Source of the DNA: Octopus sinensis
Lineage: Eukaryota
Length of the DNA: 64,000 nt
Assembly: GCF_006345805.1 (NCBI RefSeq)
Contig: NC_043007.1
Coordinates: 53,072,001-53,136,000 of the forward strand
Direction of reading: 5' to 3'
This document shows positions 1 through 9,559 of the stretch, one piece after another. The notes beneath the pieces were generated by a model that saw nothing but the letters and a program-made list of their open reading frames with translations, did no database searches and was not told where the DNA came from. Both the position numbers and the translations under genes were made by a program. Each line of letters starts with the position of its first letter. The first letter of the stretch is position 1.

Positions 1-79
1 CCTCTGTCAGTATACATCTATTTAATATCGATCTCGTCATTGTCACCCTTTATACGCAAGTTACTAGTAATTGTTAATA

Positions 80-230
80 TCTTATTCTGCTCTAGGCACA
101 AGGCCCTAAATTTTGGGAGAGGGGGGGCAGTCAATTAGATCAACCCTAGTACGTAACTGGTACTTAATTTATTGACCCCGAAAGAATAAAAGGTAAAGTC
201 GACCTCAGCGTAATCTGAACTCAGAACGTA
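80..230 (-). mobile_element. Octopus-type SINE fragment
   Basis: Shares the core CGACCCC...GAAAG(G)ATGAAAGGCAAAGTCGACCTCGG...TGAACTCAG with 237-393; B-box-like GAGTTCAGATT on the - strand. Family recognised from memory. Confidence 0.7.
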
Positions 231-236
231 TATATT

Positions 237-393
237 TCTTTACTACCCACAAGGGGCTAAATACAGAGGGGGCAAACAAGGACAGACAAATGGATTAAGT
301 TGATTACATCGACCCCAGTGCGAAACTGGTGCTTAATTTATCGACCCTGAAAGGATGAAAGGCAAAGTCGACCTCGGGGTAATTTGAACTCAG
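237..393 (-). mobile_element. Octopus-type SINE fragment (second copy)
   Basis: Same core as 80-230; B-box-like GAGTTCAAATT on the - strand. Confidence 0.7.
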
Positions 394-1144
394 TACTCTC
401 TCTTTACTGTTCAGTAGGCGTTGTCTAAGTGATATATGTGGCACTTAAAGACTGTCCAGACTATCTTTATGCCTCTGTCACATTTTTTCCATTTAATATC
501 GATCTCGCTACTGTCACCCTTTATACGAAATTTACTAGTAATTATTAATGATTGATACTAGTCAATGCTCGTAGTTGTTGCTACACACACTTACAATGCT
601 AAAGCATTGTGGGATATATACAGACAGTTCTCAAATCCACATTTTCCAAAATCTGCTTAACCAATCGTTTCCGACGCTAATCACTCCAGCTTTACTCGCG
701 GCAACATTTACAATATGCTCGTTAAGGTTTTTTTCTTTTTCTATTATAACATATTATAACCCACCCTTAGTGGTTAGCCATATTGAGATAGCTATTATAC
801 TTTACGTTGTCGAGCAGTTACTGTTTACATCTCATTCAGAGATTTATTATTGCTTGCAAACAGTTTTTCGAAATCAGTGACGGAAGTTACTAGAAAAATC
901 CATAAGTATTTGCAAACAGGTCTTCCTTTTCATCACAAACCGGTGTTTTGACTCGTCTAGGGACCCCTCTTTCATCTGCGTATTGAGAAGTTAGCTGCCT
1001 ATTTTGTTGAGTGAGTTCGTTTTTTGTTCGTCGTTGTTTATGTTTGCTCGTGAATTGAACAGTTGCCCGGGGCTGAAAATTCTGTTATTACCTTCGGGGT
1101 AATTTTTTTTTTTTATTGAAAGATTGGTTCTCATAATTTGGGAA

Positions 1145-2578
1145 ATGGAGTTCGACTTGGTGTTGAGGAGCGACTTTCCTGTGATGGGAAAAGGCGAACA
1201 GAAGGATATTGAGGTTAAAAAACAGTCTTTTTCGGCCGCAGTGGGCGGAACCGTAACGAAAGTAGAATTTAAAATAGAACAGTTGTTCGAATACCGGAAC
1301 TTGGTTAAAAAGGAAGGCAACGAAATAACACTGGGACCGCAGCAAGCGATATTACAGGAAATAAAGGCCAAGACAGTGGTGTACAAGGCTTACAGTAACA
1401 AAGAGAAAAAAATAATGGACGTGAAGAACGAAATAGTAGAGAAGTGCTTGTCCCCGGTGTGGAGCAAAATTCGCTACGTCGGTCGAGGTGCCCGCAGCGC
1501 TACCGTTGAAGCACATTTCGACTCAGCTGATGTGGCAAGAGAGATTTCATCGATGACCTTAAAAAGTGAGGACATCATGTTACTACCTACCTATATGGGA
1601 AAAAGAACTGCGAAACTATATGTGGAAGACATTCAAAGAGGATATGATATAATGTAGGTAGCAGTGGCGGTTCTGCACGACATAGAGCAGAAAGTCTCAA
1701 TTCTGCAGATGAAAAGGAAAGAGGAGGTAAACTGGAAGGGACAAGTGCTCAAACTCCTCGTTCAAGCAGAAAATAATGTGCTAGAAAACTTACCCAATAG
1801 GGTATTTATTGAGGAGGGAATTACAATGAGTGTCAGTAGAGGGGCGCAGACCTAGGTGTTTCAAATGTGGTGAAAAGGGTCACGTCCGCTCGAACTGCAT
1901 AAAAAAAAGAAAAATAGCGAAGCCCCTCCTCAAAGTGCTTCAAACACAGAAAAAGAAAAGGCGGAAAAAGACCCCAAGACTGCGACAAGGAAGGGAATCG
2001 AAACGGAAGATAAAAATGAACAAATGGAATTTACACAGGTGACACACAAAAGAAAAAAAGAAAATACCCTGGACTCCCTTCCCCAAACAAAGAAAAAATC
2101 AGCAAACACCGCAGAGATACATACAAAACAAATTCCCCAGCCCTACCCCCACGGCACTGTATTCATTGGAACACAGTTCGCCAAGCCCCTCCCCATAAAA
2201 CAAGATTGGAAAAAATTGATTAAAAAAAATGAAAAGATTGTAGCATTCGACGAGAAAAACGATAGAGTGTTCAAGTATTTTAAATTTTCAAAACTGAAAT
2301 TATTCAGTAAGTCTGCAGACACTAAGTCGACCACTCATTTTGCAAAAATAAAGGAAGACGAGTGGAAGGAAAAAACACTCCAAGAACATTTTAAAAATAA
2401 CCTTATCAGAGACGTAACTAACGAAATACTGGAGGGTAAACTTACTATAACCCCGGCAACCACACCTACCCAGAGCCCGATGGCAACGCCAGTTAAGAGC
2501 CCTGCAGCTACGACCACAAGGGAGGAAGAAGGGGAAGCATGCAGATTTAAACTGTCATGCTCCCTGTCCCAACCATAA
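1145..2578 (+). pseudogene. Tx1-like ORF1 (gag-like, zinc knuckle), broken into three frames
   Basis: ORFs 1124-1657, 1664-1855, 1830-2042 and 2024-2578; RCFKCGEKGHVRSNC is a CX2CX4HX4C knuckle; homologous to the - strand ORF1 at 32822-33833. Confidence 0.85.
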
Positions 2579-2606
2579 GTTTTTTTTTTTTTTTCTCTCT
2601 CCGACA

Positions 2607-5600
2607 ATGGCAAAGCTGGGTTGTGTGAATGTGCATGGAATGGGGTCGAAATGGAAACAAATTTGTCTCCTGAATGACCTCACGACACACGGAGTGGACG
2701 TAGCTATTGTAACCGAGTCCAAGATGAACGGGGCCCAAGCGTTCTCGCCTCTTCTAAATGGTTTTGAGAAATTTATTTCTCCTAGCCGAGGAGGAGGAAG
2801 GGGCGTGGCAGTCCTTATCAGGAAGAGCTTGGACTTGCAGGTAAGTACTGTCTTTCTGGACCCAGAAGGCAGGCTGGTCGTTCTGGATGTGACCCACGTA
2901 AGTAAACAGTCCTTCAAGTTGGTAGCTGTCTACACTCCGAATGAGTGTAGGCAGTCGGGTTTTTTTCGGAATCTGGAGCACTTTTTAGTGACATCGAAAA
3001 TGGTAGTCTTAGTAGGGGACTTTAACACTGTCCTTGAAGCGCGGGTCGACAGTGTTGGCTCAACCAATAGGAAGGGGAACCCTAGCCTCAAGGGTCTACT
3101 AGAGAGCTTTAATCTAGTAGACCGTTATCGATGAGCCAAGCGTTCCACAGTGGACGTGGAGTAATATAGACGTATATAGATAGGATATTCGTTAGGAAAA
3201 GAGATAAGGATACGTTTAGTTGTCCACAGTTTCACATTGTGCCTTACACGGATCACAAATTTGTGACTTGTAGGGTGCAATTAGATAAGTGTCATAGACA
3301 GGGACCCGGGTACTGGAAGCTGAACAAGTCTATTTTGAATTGTGAAGACTTCCGTACCCGGATTAAGGTGTTAGTACAGAGGGCATTATGTGGCACCATC
3401 ATTAACAATAGATGGTGGCAGTCCCTCAAAAGAGCCATTCGTTCAGAGTCCATTAGATTTAGCAATCAGCTAAGGTTAGATAGGTCTAGGATAGAGGACG
3501 ATTTAGTTAAGAATCTAAACGAGGCAATGGAATCTGGCTCTGCATCCGGAGTGATGGCGGCAAGGACGGTATTGTACCGTCACCTTAACTCCAAACACGA
3601 AGGTTGCAGAGTTAGAGCTAAGCTATGCGCAGGGAAACGAGAAGGTATTAACGTTGCCGGATGGGCCCGTCGAGTGGAGAGTCAGAGAGGCAACAAAGCT
3701 TCAATCAAGTCTTTAACTGACGAACAGGGACACAAGATCTATGGACAGGAGGAGATGCAAAAGTTTCTTCACCAGCATTTCGCTCGCATGTTCGGGGGTG
3801 GTGGTTCGCTGGAGCGGGGGAGGGCCTTAAAGGACTTCCTAGCCGGCGGACCGTGGCTCTCGGGGCGTGAGGTGGAGTGCTGTGAAGTAGCGATCACTCC
3901 CGCGGAGATAGAGGGGGTACTGGCTGGATGCGCCGGGGTTGGATGGTCTGCCCTACGAGTTTTATCAAAGTATGCCGGACTTGTTCGGGGGAATACTGGC
4001 AGGCGTCTACGCGAACTGGCAGCAGAACGGGAAAATTCCCAGTTCTGTAAGCCGGGGAGTGGTGACGCTAATCCAGAAAGACCCGAGCAAGGGGGATAAC
4101 ATTAGTACTTACAGGCCCATAACTCTACTTTTAGTAGAGTTAAAGATTTTGGCCAAGGTGTTGGCAAAAAGGTTGACGACTGTCGTGGAGAAACTTGTAG
4201 GGAAAGCACAGACATGTGCAATTCCAGGCAGGTCGATCCAGGACAATCTTCACCTTATACGCTACGACTTAGATAGGGTGGGTAAATTAACCGGCAAGGG
4301 CAGGGTAATGGTCCATTTAGACCAAAGTAAAGCGTTCGATAGGGTAGACCATAAGTACCTGGCGACGGTCCTCGAAGCGACTGGACTGGGCCCTGAATTT
4401 CGCAGGTGGATCTCCACTATGTATAGCGGCATCAAGTCCACCGTCCAGATAAACGGTTACCTAACGGAACCGTTTTCGATCGAATGTTCAGTTCGTCAAG
4501 GGTGCCCCTTGTCACCACTTTTGTACGTGTTGGCTCTCGAGCCATTGCTGCGAAAGTTGGAGAGGCGGGAGGACGGTTTCTGCTTATGCAGATGACGTCA
4601 CCCTCATCGTGTCCAATGAGGCTCAGCTACCTTGTGTAGAAGATGCTATCAGAGGATACGAGGCGGTGGCAGGAGCAAAAGTTAACAAGGACAAGTCGAT
4701 TGGCTTACGCCTCGGCACCTGGAGGAGCAAGTCGATATCGTCCAGTGCCGTGGGACACTGGACAGATGGTCCTGTTAAGTTGCTAGGAGTTTGGCTTGGG
4801 CCAGACTCCCAAACGGAGAGGAATTGGAGTGAGGTGACGGGCAAGGTGGAGGCCATAGTACGGAAGGTTTCTGTCCTTGAAAGGAAGGGCGGGGTGGTAC
4901 AGATGTTTATTGCATCTGTAATCACTTACCGCCCGACCGTTGTCCCTTGCCCCGATTCATGGCTTAGCAAGTTGGAGCGAATCCTTTTCCGCTTTTTGTG
5001 GAAGGGAGGAAAGCCACTTGTGAGGCGCTCTGTTTGCTGCCAGGAACCGTTAAAGGGTGGGTTAGGAATGCCTTGGTTGATGATGCGCAGACATGCGTTG
5101 AGGCTGAAGCATCTCTGGCACCACCTGGAGGGTGATAAGGTGTGGAGTCCGCTGGCAGGGGAATTTTTCCCGAGACCGGCTTCCTTAGTGAATTTTAAAC
5201 CCGGTTGCATCAAAAGATGGAATCTGACTCTATGGCAAAAGGAGTGCCGACAGGCACTCACGCTGATCCACAAGGCGGGCAAGGCCGGCTGCGGAAATAC
5301 CACCTTGGTATTTTATAGCAGGCTGGTAGAGGCAAAGAACGACGACGTCCTAGGAGGGGCTCTGGGGTTTGACGAGGACCAGCTTACCAACCTGTTTAAA
5401 AAGACTTTCAGGACGGGGTATTTGGATAATTTCCAAAGATCCCTGGCCTGGCAGTGTTATAGGAATGCTTTACCTGTTCGCGAGAAGTTATCGCGGCACA
5501 GAATTTCAGTGCCACCGACATGTCCAAGATGCGGGTTGGACGATGAAACCGTCCAGCACGCTTTTGTACACTGTCGGCAGTTATCAGACTTGATAAGTTA

Positions 5601-5913
5601 CGTGTTATCGCATCTGGGACGAGTACAGCTGTCGGCTGAGTCTATGATTAAGATGATACCGCCAACTGGACTCTCGAAGGAAGGTGAGGCATGTTTTCAC
5701 TGCACGGTTGCAGTAGTAAAAGAATGCATGTGGCATACAAGAATGGAAGGAGTCGCAATAAGATCCTTTGTCTCAGGCCCCAGCTTGCTCACTTACTTCA
5801 GATATCATCTAAAGAGCAAAATGGGGCTGGAAAAGAAGACCTTACCACGAGGTGTGTATGAAAAAAGATGGAAGGAAGTGGCGAAAAAGGTGGGTGTCAG
5901 AAACCCAGTTTAA
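2607..5913 (+). pseudogene. Tx1-like ORF2: AP endonuclease, reverse transcriptase and zf-RVT, frameshifted
   Basis: LGCVNVHG..., VGDFN, YTDH (APE); YRPITLL, KAFDRVDH, RQGCPLSPLLY, YADD at ~4586-4597 (RT); CPRCGLDDETVQHAFVHC (zinc finger). Confidence 0.9.
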
Positions 5914-6165
5914 CTATGGATGGAGAAGAGGAAAGGAAAGCTGCGGGGCCTTATAGGTTGCTGGGGTTTAAAATATATTGGTAAGATTTCAATCGTAATG
6001 TTATATTAGTCAATGCAAAGGACAGTTTATATACAGTTTTTTTGTATAATGAATAATCCATATATTTTGGAAATTTTTAAACGAACCACTTAACTGTTTT
6101 TGTATGTATGTCCTGTATTGTTCTTCTATGTACTGATTTTATAATCATAATAAAGAATTAATCGT

Positions 6166-6697
6166 AAACTGGTGTTTTGACTCGTCTAGGGACCCCTCTT
6201 TCACCTGCGTATTGAGAAGTTAGCTGCCTATTTTGTTGAGTGAGTTCGTTTTTTGTTCATCGTTGTTTGTGTTTGCTCGTGAATTGAACAGTTGTCCGTT
6301 GTGTGACAGTAATTTTCGCCCTACGGGAATGAAAATTCTGTGTATAAACATTGTTATTACCTTCGGGGTAATTTTTTTTTTTTTTTTTTTGAAAAATTGG
6401 TTCTCATAATTTGAGAAATGGAGTTCAACTTGGCGTCAAGGAGCGACTTTCCCGTGATGGGAAAAGGCGAACAGAAGGATATCGAGGTTAGAAAACAGTC
6501 TTTCGGCCGCAATGGGCGGAACCGTAACGAAAGTAGAATTTAAAATAGAACAGTTGTTCGAATACCGGAACTTGGTTAAAAAGGAAGGCAACAAAATAAA
6601 ACTGGTACCGCCGCAAGCGATATTACAGGAAATAAAGGCCAAGACAGTGGTGTACAAGGTTTACAGTGGGCGGAACCGTAACGGAAGTGGAATTCAA
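6166..6697 (+). mobile_element. Second tandem Tx1-like copy: 5' UTR and start of ORF1 only (3'-truncated)
   Basis: Aligns with 937-1390 (about 90% by eye, with a ~45-bp insertion near 6296-6345); GGTVTKVEFKIEQLFEYRNLVKKEGN is repeated. Confidence 0.9.
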
Positions 6698-7115
6698 TCG
6701 GTGAAAATTTTCAAATAATTTTTGGGTAAAATTTTCTGTGAAAAATTTTGAAAAACCAAATAATGAATATGCTCCATATGCTGAAGTCTATAAACGTCGA
6801 CATCGTCATACTTGTTAAGTGTAAAGCAGAACCTGGTGTATCGTCGATGGTGAGGCATCTTGACAGTAGTAGTAAGCCAGAATTCACTCTATATATACAG
6901 AGAAAGCAGCCGCAGCAGCCACATGAAAGTCTATTTTTAGCAATAACATAAATCTAAGGTCATTTTTGGGTAAAATTTTCAGTGAACATTTTCGAAAAAT
7001 TTTGGGGGAAAATTTTTGAAAAACCATATAATATGCTCCATATGTCAATAAACGTTGACATCATTTTCAATGAAAATTTTCGAAAAATTTTTGGATAAAA
7101 TTTTCAGTGAAAATG

Positions 7116-7235
7116 CCAAAATCTCAAAGTATGGAAGGCCAGCGGTGCCAAAATCACAAAGTATGGAAGGCCAGTGGTGCCAAAATCACAAAGTGTGGAA
7201 GGCCAGCAGTGCCAAAATCACAAAGTATGGAAAGC
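7116..7235. repeat. 32-bp minisatellite GCCAAAATCACAAAGTATGGAAGGCCAGCGGT (clusters also at 8046-8167, 8526-8706, 9020-9110)
   Basis: Three to six tandem copies per cluster, read directly from the sequence. Confidence 0.9.
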
Positions 7236-7474
7236 CATTTTTGGATAAAATTTTCAGTGAAAATTTTCGGAAAATTTTTGGTGAAAATTTTCGACAAATT
7301 ATTGGGTAAAATTCTCGGTGAAAATTTTCGAAAAATTTTGGGGAAAATTTTTGGTGAAAATTTTCGAAAAACCATATAACGAATATGCTCCATATGCTGA
7401 AGTCTATAAAGGTCGACATCGTCATAGTTGTTAAAAGTAAAGCAGAATCTGGTGTATCGTGGATGGTGAGGCAT
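7154..7474 (-). CDS. Chimeric ORF: Rep-like N-terminus reading into satellite (106 aa); expression unknown
   Basis: ORF track; the first 36 aa are Rep-like (FTFNNY variant) and the remainder is satellite-derived FPKIF repeats. Confidence 0.25.
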   Translation of the reverse strand: MPHHPRYTRFCFTFNNYDDVDLYRLQHMEHIRYMVFRKFSPKIFPKIFRKFSPRILPNNLSKIFTKNFPKIFTENFIQKWLSILCDFGTAGLPHFVILAPLAFHTL

Positions 7475-7744
7475 CTTGACAGTAGTAGTAAACCAGAATT
7501 CACTTTATATATACACAGAAAGCAGCCACATAAAATCTATTTTTAGCAATAACATAAATCTATTTTTGGGTAAAATTTTCGGTGAACATTTTCGAAAAAT
7601 ATTTGGGGAAAATTTTTTCGTGAAAATTTTCGAAAAATTTTTGGCGTAAAACTTTCAGTGAAAATTTTAGAAAAATTTTTGGGGAAAATTTTCGGCAAAA
7701 GTTTTCAAATAATTTTTGGGGAAAATTTTCGGTTAAAATTTTAG

Positions 7745-7852
7745 AAAAACCATATAACGAATATGCTCCATATGCTGAAGTCTATAAACGTCTACATCGT
7801 CATAGTTGTTAAGTGTAAAGCAGAACCTGGTGTATCGTGGATGGTGAGGCAT
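7745..7852 (-). pseudogene. CRESS-DNA-virus-like HUH Rep N-terminal fragment (representative copy)
   Basis: Translates MPHHPRYTRFCFTLNNYDDVDVYRLQHMEHIRYMVF: RCR motif I (FTLNN) followed ~15 aa later by Y-M-V-F, as in circovirus-like Reps. Motifs II and III are absent. Confidence 0.7.
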
Positions 7853-9559
7853 CTTGACAGTAGTAGTAAGCCAGAATTCATTCTATATATACACAGAAAG
7901 CAGCAGGCACATAAAAATTTATTTTTAACAATAACATAAATCTATTTTTGGGTAAAATTTTCAGTGAACATTTTCGAAAAATGTTTGGGGAAAATATTCG
8001 GTGAAAATTTTTGAAAAATTTTTGGGTAAAATTTTCGGTGAAAATGCCAAAATCACAAAGTATGGAAGGCCAGCGGTGCCAAAATCACAAAGTATGGAAA
8101 GCCAGCGGTGTCAAAATCACAAAGTATGGAAGGCCAGTGGTGCCAAAATCACAAAGTATGGAAGGCCATTTTTGGGTAAAATTTTCAGTGAAAATTTTTG
8201 GAAAATTTTTGGTGAAAATTTTCGAGAAATTATTGGGTAAAATTTTCGAAAAACCATATAAGGAAGTCTTATATGCTCCATATGCTGAAGTCTATAAACG
8301 TCTACATCGTCATAGTTGTTAAGTGTAAAGCAGAATCAGGTTTATCGTGGATGGTGAGGCATCTTGACAGTAGTAGTAAACCAGAATTCACTCTATATAT
8401 ACACAGAAAGCAGCCACATGAAAATCTATTTTTAGCAATAACATAAATCTATTTTTGGGTAAAATTTTCGGTGAACATTTTCGAAAAATATTCAAAAAAT
8501 TTTTGGTAAAATTTTCGGTGAAAATGCCAAAATCACAAAGTATGGAAGGCCAGCAATGCCAAAATCACAAAGTATGGAAGGCCAGCGGTGCTAATATCAC
8601 AAAGTATGGAAGGCAAGTGGTTCCAAAATCACAAAATGGAAGGCTAGCGGTGCCAAAATCACAAAGTGGAAGGCCAGCGGTGCCAAAATCACAAAGTATG
8701 GAAAGCAATTTTTGGGTAAAATTTTCAGTGAAAATTTTCGACAAATTATTGGGTAAAATTTCCGAAAAATTTTTGGATAAAATTTTCGGCTAAAATTTTA
8801 GAAAAAACCTTATGACGAATATGCTGAAGTCTACAAATGTCGACATCGTCATAGATGTTAAGTGTAAAGCAGAACCTAGTGTATCGTGGATGGTGAGGGA
8901 TCTTGACAGTAGTAGTAAACCAGAATTCATTCTATATATACACAGAAAGCAGCAGGCACATAAAAATCTATTTTTAGCAATAACATAAATCTATATTTGG
9001 GTAAAATTTTCGGTGAAAATGCCAAAATCACAAAGTATGGAAGGCCAGCGGTGCCAAAATCACAATGTATGGAAGGCCAGCGGTGCCAAAATCACAAAGT
9101 ATGGAAAGCCATTTTTGGGTAAAATTTTCAGTGAAAATTTTCGGAAAATTTTCGACTAATTATTAATAATTTTCGGTGAAAATTATCGAAAAACCATATA
9201 ACGAATATGCTCCATATGCTGAAGTCTATAAACGTCGACATCGTCATAGTTGTTAAGAGTAAAGCGGAACCTGGTGTATCGTGGATGTTGAGGCATCTTC
9301 ACAGTGGTAGTAAGCCAGAATTCACTCTATATATACACAGAAAGCAGCAGGCACATAAAAATCTATTTATAGCAATAACATAAATCTATTTTTGGGTAAA
9401 ATTTTTGGGAAAAATTTTCGAAAAAATTTTGGTTAAAATTTTCGGTGAAAACTTTCAAAAAACCATATAACGAATACGCTCCATATGCTGAAGTCTATAA
9501 ACGTTGACATCGTTTTCGGTGAAAATTTTCGAAAAATTTTTGGTGAAAATTTGAAAATA

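Larger units (their letters stand above)
1..550. repeat. ~80-bp direct duplication (1-80 and 473-550) flanking two SINE fragments
   Basis: CCTCTGTCA...ATTTAATATCGATCTCG...TGTCACCCTTTATACG...TTACTAGTAATT.TTAAT is present at both positions. Confidence 0.75.
937..6165 (+). mobile_element. Near full-length Tx1-like (L1 group) non-LTR retrotransposon, decayed
   Basis: 5' UTR, ORF1 with CCHC knuckle, ORF2 with APE, RT and C-terminal zinc finger, 3' UTR with AATAAA near 6149; multiple frameshifts and stops. Confidence 0.9.

Noticed and set aside
575-880. 101-aa ORF as a host gene
   Set aside because: No recognisable motif or splice context, and it overlaps repeat-derived sequence.
7500-7560. CRESS origin stem-loop upstream of the Rep fragment
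   Set aside because: No NANTATTAC nonamer within a hairpin; the AATCTA repeats there are direct, not inverted.
7116-9110. 32-bp repeats as a CRISPR array
   Set aside because: Copies are directly tandem with no unique spacers, no cas genes are present, and the context is eukaryotic.
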